NCBI GenBank assembly: GCA_977862235.1
Contig: OZ374566.1
Coordinates: forward strand, 310,001-374,000
Direction: 5' to 3'
Origin: Dudresnaya verticillata
Lineage: Eukaryota
DNA length: 64,000 bases
The notes below the pieces were generated by a model, which searched no databases, had not been told where the DNA came from, and worked only from the letters and a program-made list of their open reading frames with translations. Positions 42,664 to 53,383 of this stretch are shown here, piece after piece (the stretch's first letter is position 1; each line of letters opens with the position of its first letter). A program made the translations under genes and the position numbers.

Positions 42664-45077
42664 TCTCGGCGTGCCGGCGGCGCAGCGGAGGTCGACTCCC
42701 CCGGGCGCGGCGTGTCGGCGGCGCAGCCAGCGCAGCGCCGGCACAGTACATGTACTGCGCGCGACGGTCGCGTGGCAGGCACCGCAAGCGGCGACAGCGG
42801 CAGCGCAGGCTCTGCCGTGCGCAGCGCCTCGCACACGTCGTGAGCGACCGTAACAGTACTGTGGCAATAACAAACAACGCGGCCGGCCGTTGCCGTCGCC
42901 GTCGCCGTCCCGCCCCCGCGCCGTGCACCTGCGCCGCACCGCGCGCCACCGCCGGTCCTCTTCCGTCGCGTTGCGCCGCTCCGCGCGTATGTGCAGTAAC
43001 ATGTTCCGCTTGTCGTCACAACGGTATGTAATGCGCGCGCGGTGTCAGCCTACGTGCGCTTGCCGTCGCCGTCGCCGCGCCAAACAGCGGCTCGCACTGT
43101 GCCATACAACCACAGTGCAGTGCGCTGCGCCGCCAATGGACGCGACGCAGCGCGCGCTCCTCGCCGCCACCTTGCGCCGCCGCGCACACATTCCGCGTAA
43201 GACGCGGCCGCGCACACAAACACACGCTCGCAAACGCACACACACACACACACACACTCGCTGTGGCGCGGCAATGTTGACACCCACCACCTCCACCGCA
43301 CATACGGTAGACTCGCCGCGAACAAACGTTGATCGCGCCTGCGGCAACGCCGCGCACACGGGCGAGCACCGCGCGAAACAAACATCCCGTCGGCGTCGCC
43401 GTCGGCGTCGCCGCCGCCATCGCCGCGCCGCCGCCGCTCTGCGTGTGCGTGCTGCGTTAAACGTTTATTCGCGTCAAGACACCGGACACGCGCCAACACT
43501 GCACCACGTCTCGTCGGACGCGCATCCGCCGTCGCCGCACCCGGTCTCCGGTCTCGCCATCGCTCTCTGGGCGCGCCGCTCGCTCGCTCATTCGCGCGCC
43601 AGCGCGTCTCGTGTCGCAAAGTGTCAAGTGCGGCGTGCGTGGGAGAGTGTCGTCATGCGCAATAAAGCCCATCGCGCGGCCGCTCGGAGCCGGTGCCGGT
43701 GCCGGTGCTGAGCTGCTGTCTGTCGCCCCCTTGTCCGGCCTTGGCCGCGATTGCAGCCGCCACCACCCCCGCCGTGCACGTCCTCGCGCGCGCACTAGTG
43801 CCACGTGGGCCCGGTGCGCCTGCCTGCGCCCCGCCGACGCTGTTTGGCGCCGCGCCGCCCGCCTGCGCGCCGCCCGCCCGGAGATGCGCGGCCGCGTTGC
43901 GCACACCGCTTTTTAGGACAAGGTTGACCGCCCTCGTGCGCAAGCGAGCGCGCGAGCGCTCCATCGCGCCCCATCGCGCCATACCGCGCCATACCGCGCC
44001 ATACCTTTCTTTATTACCCCGCCAGTGCGACGACGCGCGGGAGGCGGCGGATGTGGAAACACCTTGGAGATATGTGTGTGTGGAGTTGGGCAGGCGGCGG
44101 AACGCGCGCGTGCTGCGCTTTTGCCGCATGCTACATATGCACTTACGGCCATGGTGTACCTCCGCCATAGTTGCGCTTTGCGCGCTGCTGCAGCACCGCC
44201 AAAGGAAGGAACGAGCGAGGGCACCAACGGCCGTCCTGTGTGGTTGCGCGTGCGTGCCGCTGTCCCGGCTGCACCGCGCGCGTCGCTTGTCCATGTCGCT
44301 TGTCGATTTCCGCCAGCCCTATCCGCCTCCCGCGCTGCGCCGGCCCGAGACCCGAGCCGAGCGACGCGGGCGCGCCGCGCAGGCGCAGGCCGCGCACGGA
44401 CCAGTGCGCGCGCGCTGCGCGGCCCGTGGAGACGCCGCAGTCGCGGCTAGGCTGCGCGTGCTTGCTGCTGCTGCCGGGTGCTGCTGCCGGGTGCGGCACT
44501 GCGCTGCGCGGCTGCGGAGGTCAGTTTGGTCTTGCGATCGTCGCGCGCGTGCCGTGCAGGCAGAGGTGGAGGCCGAGGTGGAGAATCTCCGCTGGAGAGG
44601 GGGCGTGGAGATAAGCGCAGGCGTGGCGAGCCCTCAATATACATTCGAGTCCTTCCTTGTGGAGGGATCGAGGTGGGGGTGGAGGTGGAAGTGGAACTGC
44701 GCAGCCTTGACTACAGTACCATTAACATTGGCCGCCATACTGTATCCACAGCCGCGCATCGTAGATGACTGCCAGCGTATTGTCCGATGCGACATCAATG
44801 ACACCTTCTGCCAGCTGCCATCTACAGGCTTACACCGCGCCAAATATCTCTCTGTAAGCACTTCCGCTGCGCAAACCACACGATCCGCACCAACCGATCG
44901 CCACGCATCCACAGATCCGATCTGCTCGGCCCCAAATCGCTCTGTCCTCCGTCTCTGCCCGACGAGCCGCCAGTGATACTCATCGCGCCCAATTCACCCA
45001 CATACTCTCACACGCAGTGTCGCCGCCACCACGAACCTCGTCCTCCCTCCTATTCGGGACACCTATCCCCAATCCCC

Positions 45078-45115
45078 GCCATCCGTCCATCCATCCATCC
45101 ATCCATCCATCCATC
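45078..45115. repeat. (CCAT)n tetranucleotide repeat upstream of the CDP-DAG synthase ATG
   Basis: Tandem CCAT units seen directly. Confidence 0.85.
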
Positions 45116-45147
45116 CGCTCCGCCCTTCCCCGCCCCACCCGCCCGCA

Positions 45148-45384
45148 ATGCCCCCGCCGCCCACCTGCACCCACTGCGGCAGGCCCTCCTCCGCGCCGCC
45201 GACGCCCGCCGCCGCCGCCCCGGCCTTCCTGCCGCCCCCCGCCGCAGCCCTCTTCCGCCCGCTGCTAGCCCCCGCGCGCCGCGCGCTGTCGCGCCGCGCG
45301 TCGCGCCCGCGCCCCGCGCCCGCGCGCCGCCGCCGCCGCCCGCGCGCCGCGCTGACCCCGTCGCCGGCGCCAGATGACCCTGGC

Positions 45385-45422
<38 letters not shown>

Positions 45423-46371
45423 GGACGCGCTCGCGTCCGCGCCGCCCGCGGCCGCGTCTGCTTCCACGCCGTCGCCGCGCTTCAAGACGCAGCGCCGCAT
45501 CCTCGTCGGCTTCGCCATGGGCGCCGTCGTCATCGCGTTTGTCTTCTCCGGCCGCTGGGTCTTCGCGCTTGGCATGCTGGTCATCTCCACCACGGGGCTG
45601 TACGAGTACTACCGTATGGTTGCCGCAAAGGGCCATCTTCCGGCGCACAAGATGGGCCTTTGCGTCACCGCCGCCACCATGCTCTCCAGCGCGTCGTCCC
45701 CGTCGCTGGCCGACGTGGTCTTCCCAGTCGGCGGCACCATGATCTGCATCTACCTGCTCTTCCGCCGCCGCAAGATTGCTACCATTGCAGACATCAGCAC
45801 CACCTTCATGGGGCTCTTTTACGCGGGCTATCTGCCCAGCTTTTGGGTCCGCTTGCACGAGTACGCTGCCAGCTCCGCGCCCAACGTCGTCGGCAGTGCC
45901 ATCGAGTTCTTCTGGCCGGCCGCGTATGGCTTCCAGCCCAAGATCACTGTGGGGTCACTTCTGGTCTTCTGGACGTGGTTGTCAGCTGCGAGTGCGGACA
46001 TCGGGGCCTTCTTTGTGGGAAAGACATATGGCAGGACTCGCTTTAGCAATATCAGTCCAAAGAAGACTGTCGAGGGCGCCGTCGCCGGCTTTGTCTGCTC
46101 TGCGAGTGTGTCCGTGCTCGGCGCGTACTTGCTGCGATGGCCCCTGTGGTGGGCCACCGGTGCTGTGTACGGCATCACAGTCGGCGTCTTGGGGCTTTGC
46201 GGTGACTTGTTTGAAAGCTGCTTCAAGAGGGACGTTGGCTGGAAGGATAGCGGATCGCTCTTCCCAGGGCATGGGGGCATGCTCGACCGCGCAGATAGCT
46301 ACGTGCTTGTTGCGCCGCTCGTCTACTTCTTCACCACTAGGGTTTTGCCGTTTATCGCCAAGATTGTGTGA
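45148..46371 (+). CDS. Phosphatidate cytidylyltransferase (CDP-DAG synthase), plastid/cyanobacterial type
   Basis: ADIGAFFVGK.YG....ISPKKTVEG and GDL.ES..KRDVG.KDSG..FPGHGG.LDR.DS, multiple TM helices and a transit-peptide-like N-terminus. Confidence 0.93.
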
Positions 46372-47640
46372 GGAGCGAGGGGTGTGTTTGGCTTATGCGG
46401 ACGAACTATTTTTGAATGCGTGTGGAGCGACTTTTATTGCACAGGTTGCCAGAGTGCCATCAACACGGCGTGTATGAACAGTAGTGCTCAAGTACTACTC
46501 GTGCAGTTTTCTGGGCATCAGCAAGCAGGCAGCGAGTATCCTCGCATGTGGTTTCTGTTCTTCCGCATGGCGGTTTTTCCTGCGTAACACGGGTATGTGC
46601 CACAGTTTCCCATTTTGCTATCCTCATGCTACACCCACCCTTCGACAGCGTTTTCGCATTGCTGAAACCTTAGGGGCTGCCGAGGCGGCGCAGGCGAATG
46701 CATCCGTGCACATAATCTCCAAACTTTGGTACACATCCGTGTATACGCGGAGCACTAGCTTGTTACGCCGGGCAATCTGAATATGCTTTCAGGCATTGCG
46801 CGCCACGCTAGCGACGTTAGTAGGGAATGTTATGTTCAGGGTCGAGAGGATAACGCACCCCGCCCTTTGGAGAGGGCTTATCCCTCCGTTGGAGGGACCC
46901 CGTCCAGCCAGCACGCAATGTCCTGCAACACCCGTCTCTCGTGCTCACGTCTCCAGGATGGTCGATCTCCCACGTCGTGATTAGCCCTTCACTTGGGGAT
47001 CAGGTGGCGCATAAATAATCAAATTTTACGATCCTGCTGGCAAGCGCCTCTAGAACGCAACCTCAAGACAGACAGAACAGAACACCACTTGATCGCCGTC
47101 GCAATAAGCTTCGCCCTGCTCCCTGCTCCTTGCGACACCGCCTCCGCCCCACGCGCCGCTCACCACCCACGCCACTCACGTCAACGCCTTCCGTGACCCG
47201 CCCAACTCCGGATCTAACAAGTTTGAACGCGCAACCGACCGCGCTTTTTGCATACGCGCTCGGCACTTTTGACCCGCACTGGAGTACATAGCTGCTCGCA
47301 TCCAGCCGCGACCTCGAGCAGACATCACTCAATTGTCTTTGCTACTACACCCCTAGCTCTCTTTGCGGAACCCTTTCCAAACGTCCTGCCTCGTCATAGA
47401 GCTTGTAGCCTAGCGCGTTCCTTCCCATTCCGATTTTGCAAACATGTGGGGGAAGAAGAGATGTAATGTGGCAAACGCCGCCATTTGCGCCTTGCCGCCG
47501 CGCGCAGCTACATATCAGTTTGTACGACACCACCTCCGCCTTGCCTAGCGAATTGCGACAAAATGCTGATGCGCTCCAAAGAACAGTCAACTAACCTACC
47601 TGGAAACTGCGTCGACGAACTATGTCCCCGACGTGCACAG

Positions 47641-48491
47641 GTGGCCGCTGGAATAGACACAGACCACACAACCGGCTCCGGCCAGGTGGCAATAACGGGC
47701 CGGTACGACTCTAAGAAGGACTCGTTCGGCGTGGACGCGACGTACGCCGTGGACGACAGCAACACGATCTACGCTTCGTACGGTGTGACCGATGAGAAGG
47801 TCGTGGCAGTTGGGCTTGAGTCAGGGTTTACCGCGTTTGGGCGGCGCAACACGGTGGACATGACGTACCACCCGCCGAACGACACGGCGAAGATGAAGTT
47901 TGCCATCCGCCAAGGGAAGACCAAGGTTGCCGCCACCTTCTCGTTCGACAGCTTCCAGGAGAGCAACGTGAAGAACCATACTGAGAAATATGAACTCGAC
48001 GCGAGGCTTAGCGGCGTCGAGTCGCTTAAGATGTCGTTTGACTGGAAGACTAAGGCCGCCAAGGTCAAGATTTCCAGGAAGCTCGACCCGAAGAACAAGC
48101 TCGATGCAGAGTATAACTACGTCAACTCGACGTCCAAGTATATGTCACTGACTTTCAAGCACCAGTACAGCAATATCCACACATTGGCGGTGACCACCAA
48201 CTATGGCGCTCGCAACTACAAACTCGAGTGGGATTGCAAAACCGAGAATGGCCCGTGGACTGTGTCGACGTCGTTCCCGTTCAACGCAAGGTAAGCTAAT
48301 TGTCTTTTGTTCCTCCAATTCCGTGGTGTGGTCACTACGATTGCAAGGCTGTGCTTTATCTCAGGAGCTAACCAAATTCTCTTTCTTTCACTTTGCTGTA
48401 ACCCTTGCGTTTCGTACACTCTGATATCCTACCCATTCCTCACAGCCCGCACAAAGGCGACTGGCACATCAAGCGTCGTTTTGAGTTCTAG
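47641..48491 (+). CDS. Beta-barrel outer-membrane protein, OEP24-like; exons 47641-48290 and 48446-48491, 5' end unresolved
   Basis: Alternating amphipathic beta-strand pattern. Intron 48291-48445 (GTAAGC...GCTAAC...CAG) gives the C-terminus ...SPHKGDWHIKRRFEF*. An upstream ACTAAC...CAG acceptor lies at 47640. Confidence 0.55.
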
Positions 48492-48518
48492 ACCCTTCAG
48501 CCTCCATCACCCGATACG

Positions 48519-49259
48519 TTATGGTAAACACTTCTCCGATCCAGATCTGTGACCACGACCATCATTCCCGCGCTCCTCTCCTTCTTTCCGACTCCGAAAC
48601 TTACGCACGACTTGCACAACAGTACTCTCCCGCATATAGGCCAAGTCCTCCCTGACAATTCTGATGTCCTGCAAGGGCACCTGCACAGCGCCACCAGCGC
48701 GTTCAAAAGCGTCGTCAAAAGCGTTCTGTAGCACTTCAAGGTTGTCCACCCTCGGCGCATGACGCCAGCGCAGCACGGTCACATGGACCATGCCGGGTAG
48801 GCGTACATGCCTCATATGGGGGTCTGAAGAAATCTCATCGCGCACACAGTCGCGCATGGCCGACACAGCGCCGCGCTCGTCGCGGAACAGCAGCGCGCCC
48901 ACCCCATCTTGGAAGATACGCGCCCCGCGCAGGAGCAGTGTGGGCGCCGAGCCTGGCGGAGGGAACGACCGGCGGGCAGACGCGCGGGAGACTATCGAGA
49001 GGTAGGTGCTGGTTGAGCGTGGTTTCGTGCGCCACGGGTGCAGCGTTGCGAGCGTGCAGTGCAGCTCCGGCGGGGCGTAGAGGATGTAGTGTGACCGCGA
49101 AATGTTGAGGGCGGACAAGTTGGAGATGAGAATCGAGCGGAAGCAAATGTAGAAGGATACCAGAACCGGCGGCGGTGGGTGCAGAGTGAGAAACAGCAGA
49201 GTCGGTTTCGGGCGCCGCGGTGGGCGAACCAGCACGGGGTCGGGTTGGAATATCGACAT
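48519..49259 (-). CDS. 2H-phosphoesterase superfamily protein (LigT-like)
   Basis: Two spaced HxT motifs, ELHCTLATL and MVHVTVLRW. Confidence 0.55.
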   Translation of the reverse strand: MSIFQPDPVLVRPPRRPKPTLLFLTLHPPPPVLVSFYICFRSILISNLSALNISRSHYILYAPPELHCTLATLHPWRTKPRSTSTYLSIVSRASARRSFPPPGSAPTLLLRGARIFQDGVGALLFRDERGAVSAMRDCVRDEISSDPHMRHVRLPGMVHVTVLRWRHAPRVDNLEVLQNAFDDAFERAGGAVQVPLQDIRIVREDLAYMRESTVVQVVRKFRSRKEGEERGNDGRGHRSGSEKCLP

Positions 49260-49721
49260 AGCTGAGTCTCGCTGTGTCGGGGAGGCAGTGGGAGAAGGCG
49301 GCGACGTCGAGAGACGGTAGTGCTACATTGTCGAGCGGGTATTGTGGTTAGTAGTTGGAAGTGTTTTCCCGGCAACTGTCGGCTGTCGCGCGCTCTTGTG
49401 AACAGACGTTCACAGAATCAGAACGGCGGAAGGTGATGATGCAGCGGCGATAGCCAATGCCCCGTTGCAGATCGCGATGCCGCCGTTGCTTGCCTAATTA
49501 GTGATTCGAACTGAAAAATAGCTCCCGATCCATCCGAATGTGAGATTCATTCAGCGACAACGCCGGCAGCAGTCCAACGGCGTTTGTCACGGATAAGGTA
49601 CCACACCACCTTCCCGGCTCAGTCTTTTCCTGCACCACATCCACGCCAACGGCTCCTTGTGTGCGGAAAGAAGCCACAGCGGCACTGTCTGCCGCTTAAC
49701 GCGGCACGTCGAGCAAGCACC

Positions 49722-51512
49722 ATGCGCCGCGCAACAACACTTCTGCAAGCGCATGGTCGCGCGTTAACCACAGCGTCAAAGCGTCCCACACCTCTCTCCT
49801 CGGCCACTGCGCTCCTTCGCGAGCGAACAGAGGCCGCCTCGGCAAGCCCACTTCCACTCCCCCAACCCCCACCAACAAAGCACCCCCGCCCATCCCGCGT
49901 GACAGACTTGTACAACGCCTTGATCTACGAGGGCGACTCGCGCAACGAAGCATCGGCCTGGCGGCCCGTGATGGCAATCTCTGCGTCGGGCGCACGCGCA
50001 GCGGACGACTATAGCGAGACCGTGCGGCAGCGACTGGAGGGCTGCCGCCAGGCGTCGCATGGTGAGGCCGCTCTGGACGTGCTGCGAGACGTGGAACGGC
50101 GCGACCTGCTGCCCACGACACGCGCCGTCGTTATGGTCGTCGAGGCCTGCCTGCCTGCGGAGGAGTTCGCCCTGGCAGAGGATGCGCTGCTTCGATTAGA
50201 CCGTCTCCCGCACGGGCACCCTGTTGCTTCGGACCGCCTCGTCGTATCGACACGAGCGCTCGTCGCGGTGGCGTACGTCACGCGTGGGAGGTATGCGGAT
50301 GCATTACGGGTTCTGCGCATGCCTGAACTCGGGAGCGTCGTGTGGAGGGATAAGGCAGGCGTTGAAGCAGTTTTGGCGAAGGCAATGCTCGGGAGGGATA
50401 CCGTTGCATGGGGGGCCATCGTAAAGGCTTTGACGAAGGGCGGTGCACCAGATGCCGCTGTGGAGGTGATGGATATTGCGATGGCGCGTGGTGTAGGCAT
50501 GACGGACTCGCTGTTGCACCTCACGATTGACGCTCTACGTGCGTCCAGGAGGTGGCGCGAGGCAGACTGGCTTTTTCAATCGGCCGTGGAGAAGGGTGTC
50601 AAGGTGAGCGAGCGCACCGTGGCGTCGATGCTGCTTGCACTCTGTCATCGGGATGCAAGACGGGTAATCTCGGTCAAGAAGGTGCAGGGGATTGTAGATA
50701 TTGTACCCGAACCCTCCGAACGGTTTATGAGCTCGACGTTGCTTGTGTTCGCGAACTTTGGCGCTTTGCAGCGTGCTGAAGAAGTATTCGCGAACATCAA
50801 GCGGGCATCAGAAAAACAGGAACCGGACATTTACGCCTATGCGTGGATGATGAATGCGTACAACAACTACCTGGACGTTGGGTGGGAGGAAAAAGGGTCC
50901 GAGGAGGAGCCAGCAAAGCGGTACGAGGAGGTCAACACCAAGGCGGACGCACATTGGCGTAGGTATCTCTCTGCCCACGGACAACGGCGGCCGGTAGCGA
51001 GCCAGAAGGGGCTTCGGCTAGCGATGCTGAGCAACTACCTCGGCGCGAAGACGCGATGCTTCAAACTGTCAGAGGCGGTGGACGTTCTGGAGGAGATCGC
51101 TGGGGACAAGCACAAGTATCCGTGGTTAGTTCTGACAGTTGCGCACTTCACAACAGTTCTGGGTGCGGTGGAGCTATCGTGCGACGTGGTTCAGCTGCGG
51201 CGCGTGCATGAGATAATGCGTTCCACGCGAACAAGACATGACATGCGCTCGCTTGCGTTCTCAGTTGGTACGCAACTTGGAAATGGCGACGTGCCAGCTG
51301 CTCTTGCGCTCGTGCGCTCTGAGGCGCCACGGCTGTTCGCGGATGGCTATGTTGACCCGAACTTTCGCACATACCATCTCATTGTGTTGCAGCGGCGCTT
51401 GGATATGCTTACTGCTGCGCTAAAGGAGAGTGTAGGTATGGTTAAGGACATCGAGGACATCGCTGCGCTCCTGCGAGGAAGAAGGGAAAGCGCTGCAAGG
51501 GCGAAGTCGTGA
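49722..51512 (+). CDS. PPR-like helical repeat protein, probably mitochondrial
   Basis: About 35-aa repeats such as DTVAWGAIVKALTKGGAPDAAVEVMDIAMARGV and PDIYAYAWMMNAY; Arg/Thr/Ala presequence. Confidence 0.7.
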   Translation: MRRATTLLQAHGRALTTASKRPTPLSSATALLRERTEAASASPLPLPQPPPTKHPRPSRVTDLYNALIYEGDSRNEASAWRPVMAISASGARAADDYSETVRQRLEGCRQASHGEAALDVLRDVERRDLLPTTRAVVMVVEACLPAEEFALAEDALLRLDRLPHGHPVASDRLVVSTRALVAVAYVTRGRYADALRVLRMPELGSVVWRDKAGVEAVLAKAMLGRDTVAWGAIVKALTKGGAPDAAVEVMDIAMARGVGMTDSLLHLTIDALRASRRWREADWLFQSAVEKGVKVSERTVASMLLALCHRDARRVISVKKVQGIVDIVPEPSERFMSSTLLVFANFGALQRAEEVFANIKRASEKQEPDIYAYAWMMNAYNNYLDVGWEEKGSEEEPAKRYEEVNTKADAHWRRYLSAHGQRRPVASQKGLRLAMLSNYLGAKTRCFKLSEAVDVLEEIAGDKHKYPWLVLTVAHFTTVLGAVELSCDVVQLRRVHEIMRSTRTRHDMRSLAFSVGTQLGNGDVPAALALVRSEAPRLFADGYVDPNFRTYHLIVLQRRLDMLTAALKESVGMVKDIEDIAALLRGRRESAARAKS

Positions 51513-52203
51513 ACTTCAGGAGGGATGGCCAATTTTGTAGAGCTTGGAAGTAGCTCGCTGATAACTTCTCTGTGATGGGAGCATGGCTTCCAAAAGGTAA
51601 GAGACCGTCTGCCGTTGTGATGATAATCTTGGATATTGAAGACAGGGTCAAAGATGTTCTGCCGTGGGACTGTTGGTTTAGCAGCAAACTGGAGACCACC
51701 TCTGCTCAACCTTGCTCGTCACTATTAGCTCTTCGACGAAGCTTTGTCCTTTAGCGAACATCCAGTCTGCGGAGCAAGCGCAGCACAACGTAGCTGTGAA
51801 CTGCTCCTTGAAGGAGGAGCAAGCGTGACTCTGCGATTTGGCTCTGAAGCCAATGTTGTCAAGCTGGGCCCGCTGCCATTGCGTCTCGGCAGGGGTTCCT
51901 ACGGTCAAGGCGTTCTGACACGCATCCGTTGACTATATCGTTGAGTAGGAAAGACCGATTTGGAGGGGTTCAGTTTTTGGGATAAAATCTAGAAGCGATT
52001 TCAACCGCACGAAGCAGCTCCAATCGAATCTGTTGCGAGCTCTGGGAGCTCATCAGTAGGGTTCGTTCGATAGCTGCTTTTGACCCTATCCACACTGCCT
52101 GGTAGGACCGTCTCGGAACCCAGTCACACGGTGCAGCAGCCCTCCCCTCGCCCCAGCCCGCAACCCAAGCGCAGAGAAGGCTACTCTCTGCTTCACGCTC
52201 GCG

Positions 52204-52783
52204 ATGTCGCCCGCCTTCGTGCCAGGCCCAGCGCTGCCATCGCGCGCGACGCAGTCGCAGCGCGGCTCCACGTGCCCGCGTATGGCGTCGGCGGACCAAG
52301 TCGTCAACAAATACTACCCGTCGTACGAGCGCAACCGTGCGCCGGTCATCACGATCTTCGGTGAAGACGGCATCTCAATGGGCATGCCGCCAATCAACGC
52401 GTTCGCAGATGTGGACAAGACGCAGGAGCCCCTGTTCAGTTATATCGACGACGACACCTTCATCCCAAACAAGCCCGTCCCCCCGTCACCCATCTCTTGG
52501 CCTGCCGGCGATGGCCGTGGCGTCAAGTACGACGGAACTATGGGCTTTTATAGCCAGCCTAACCTTAAGGAGTATGGCCCGTTCCCGGACTTCTTCAAGG
52601 TATGTTGCGATGTGGCCTTGTTGCGTCTCTTTGGAGGCTTGATTCTCCTGGTGTTGACGGACGTACTGACTGGGTATTGCTTGCTGCGTTTGTGGTTGTG
52701 CTTGCGTGCGTTTTTTTTGTTGTGGTGGTGCGTGCACTCTCTTTGTATTGTTTTGCCCGCTACAGAGGTCTTGCGATGGTTAA
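52204..52783 (+). CDS. Plastid-targeted CALM-containing phycobilisome scaffold (CaRSP/LR6-like), 2 exons (52204-52599, 52766-52783)
   Basis: Red-algal-style transit peptide (AFV...CPRM), KYYP...NRAPVITIF motif and C-terminal YGPFP. Intron 52600-52765 is GTATGT...ACTGAC...CAG. Confidence 0.65.
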
Positions 52784-53383
52784 TGGCTACGGAGTTTGGC
52801 GGACGGAGTCGCTTGCGCTATTGGAGGCGGCGTGCATGCTCCGAGTGTCGTTTTATGCACCCGGTATTCACGCCAAGCTCGATAAAGGTTAATAGTCTTG
52901 TTGCATAATTACGTTTGCACTTTGCGTGAGTAGATGCTAGTTCGTTGTCTATGCTGTGGAAAAGACAAGTACATCTTTCAAAGCAGCGGCGCCCCCTCTG
53001 CTCTATTCGCAGACGCGATGGAGGACAACAACAAGACAAGAACAGGGTTTCCAGGCTGACCCGGCAGAACTGGCTCTGCGGTAGGAAACCAGATCCCTGA
53101 TCTCGGCGAGCGTCGGCTCATGCGGGGGAAGAGGATTCCAGCCTCTTGCAGCATGACATTCGGGACACCTCAAAAAAAGCGGGCTCAGTAACACCAATTT
53201 CATTCCTCTCGTCCAAAGTCGCCGTCGAGCGACAGCGTGATCCGCGCCTTCTCAAAAAGGCAGTCGGCCCGTTCGGGAGATTAACTGCCCACCGCCTCCG
53301 AGCTCAGACTGCCGCCCCACCCGCAGCCGCCGCGCCGCCGCCGCCGCCGCTGCCGCCGTCGCCGCCCGCTCAGCGCCGTCGTC

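Noticed and set aside
41147..44976. Dozens of ORFs, including a 427-aa one at 43693-44976
   Set aside because: They are low-complexity translations of GC-rich and microsatellite DNA, lack convincing starts and have no domain signatures.
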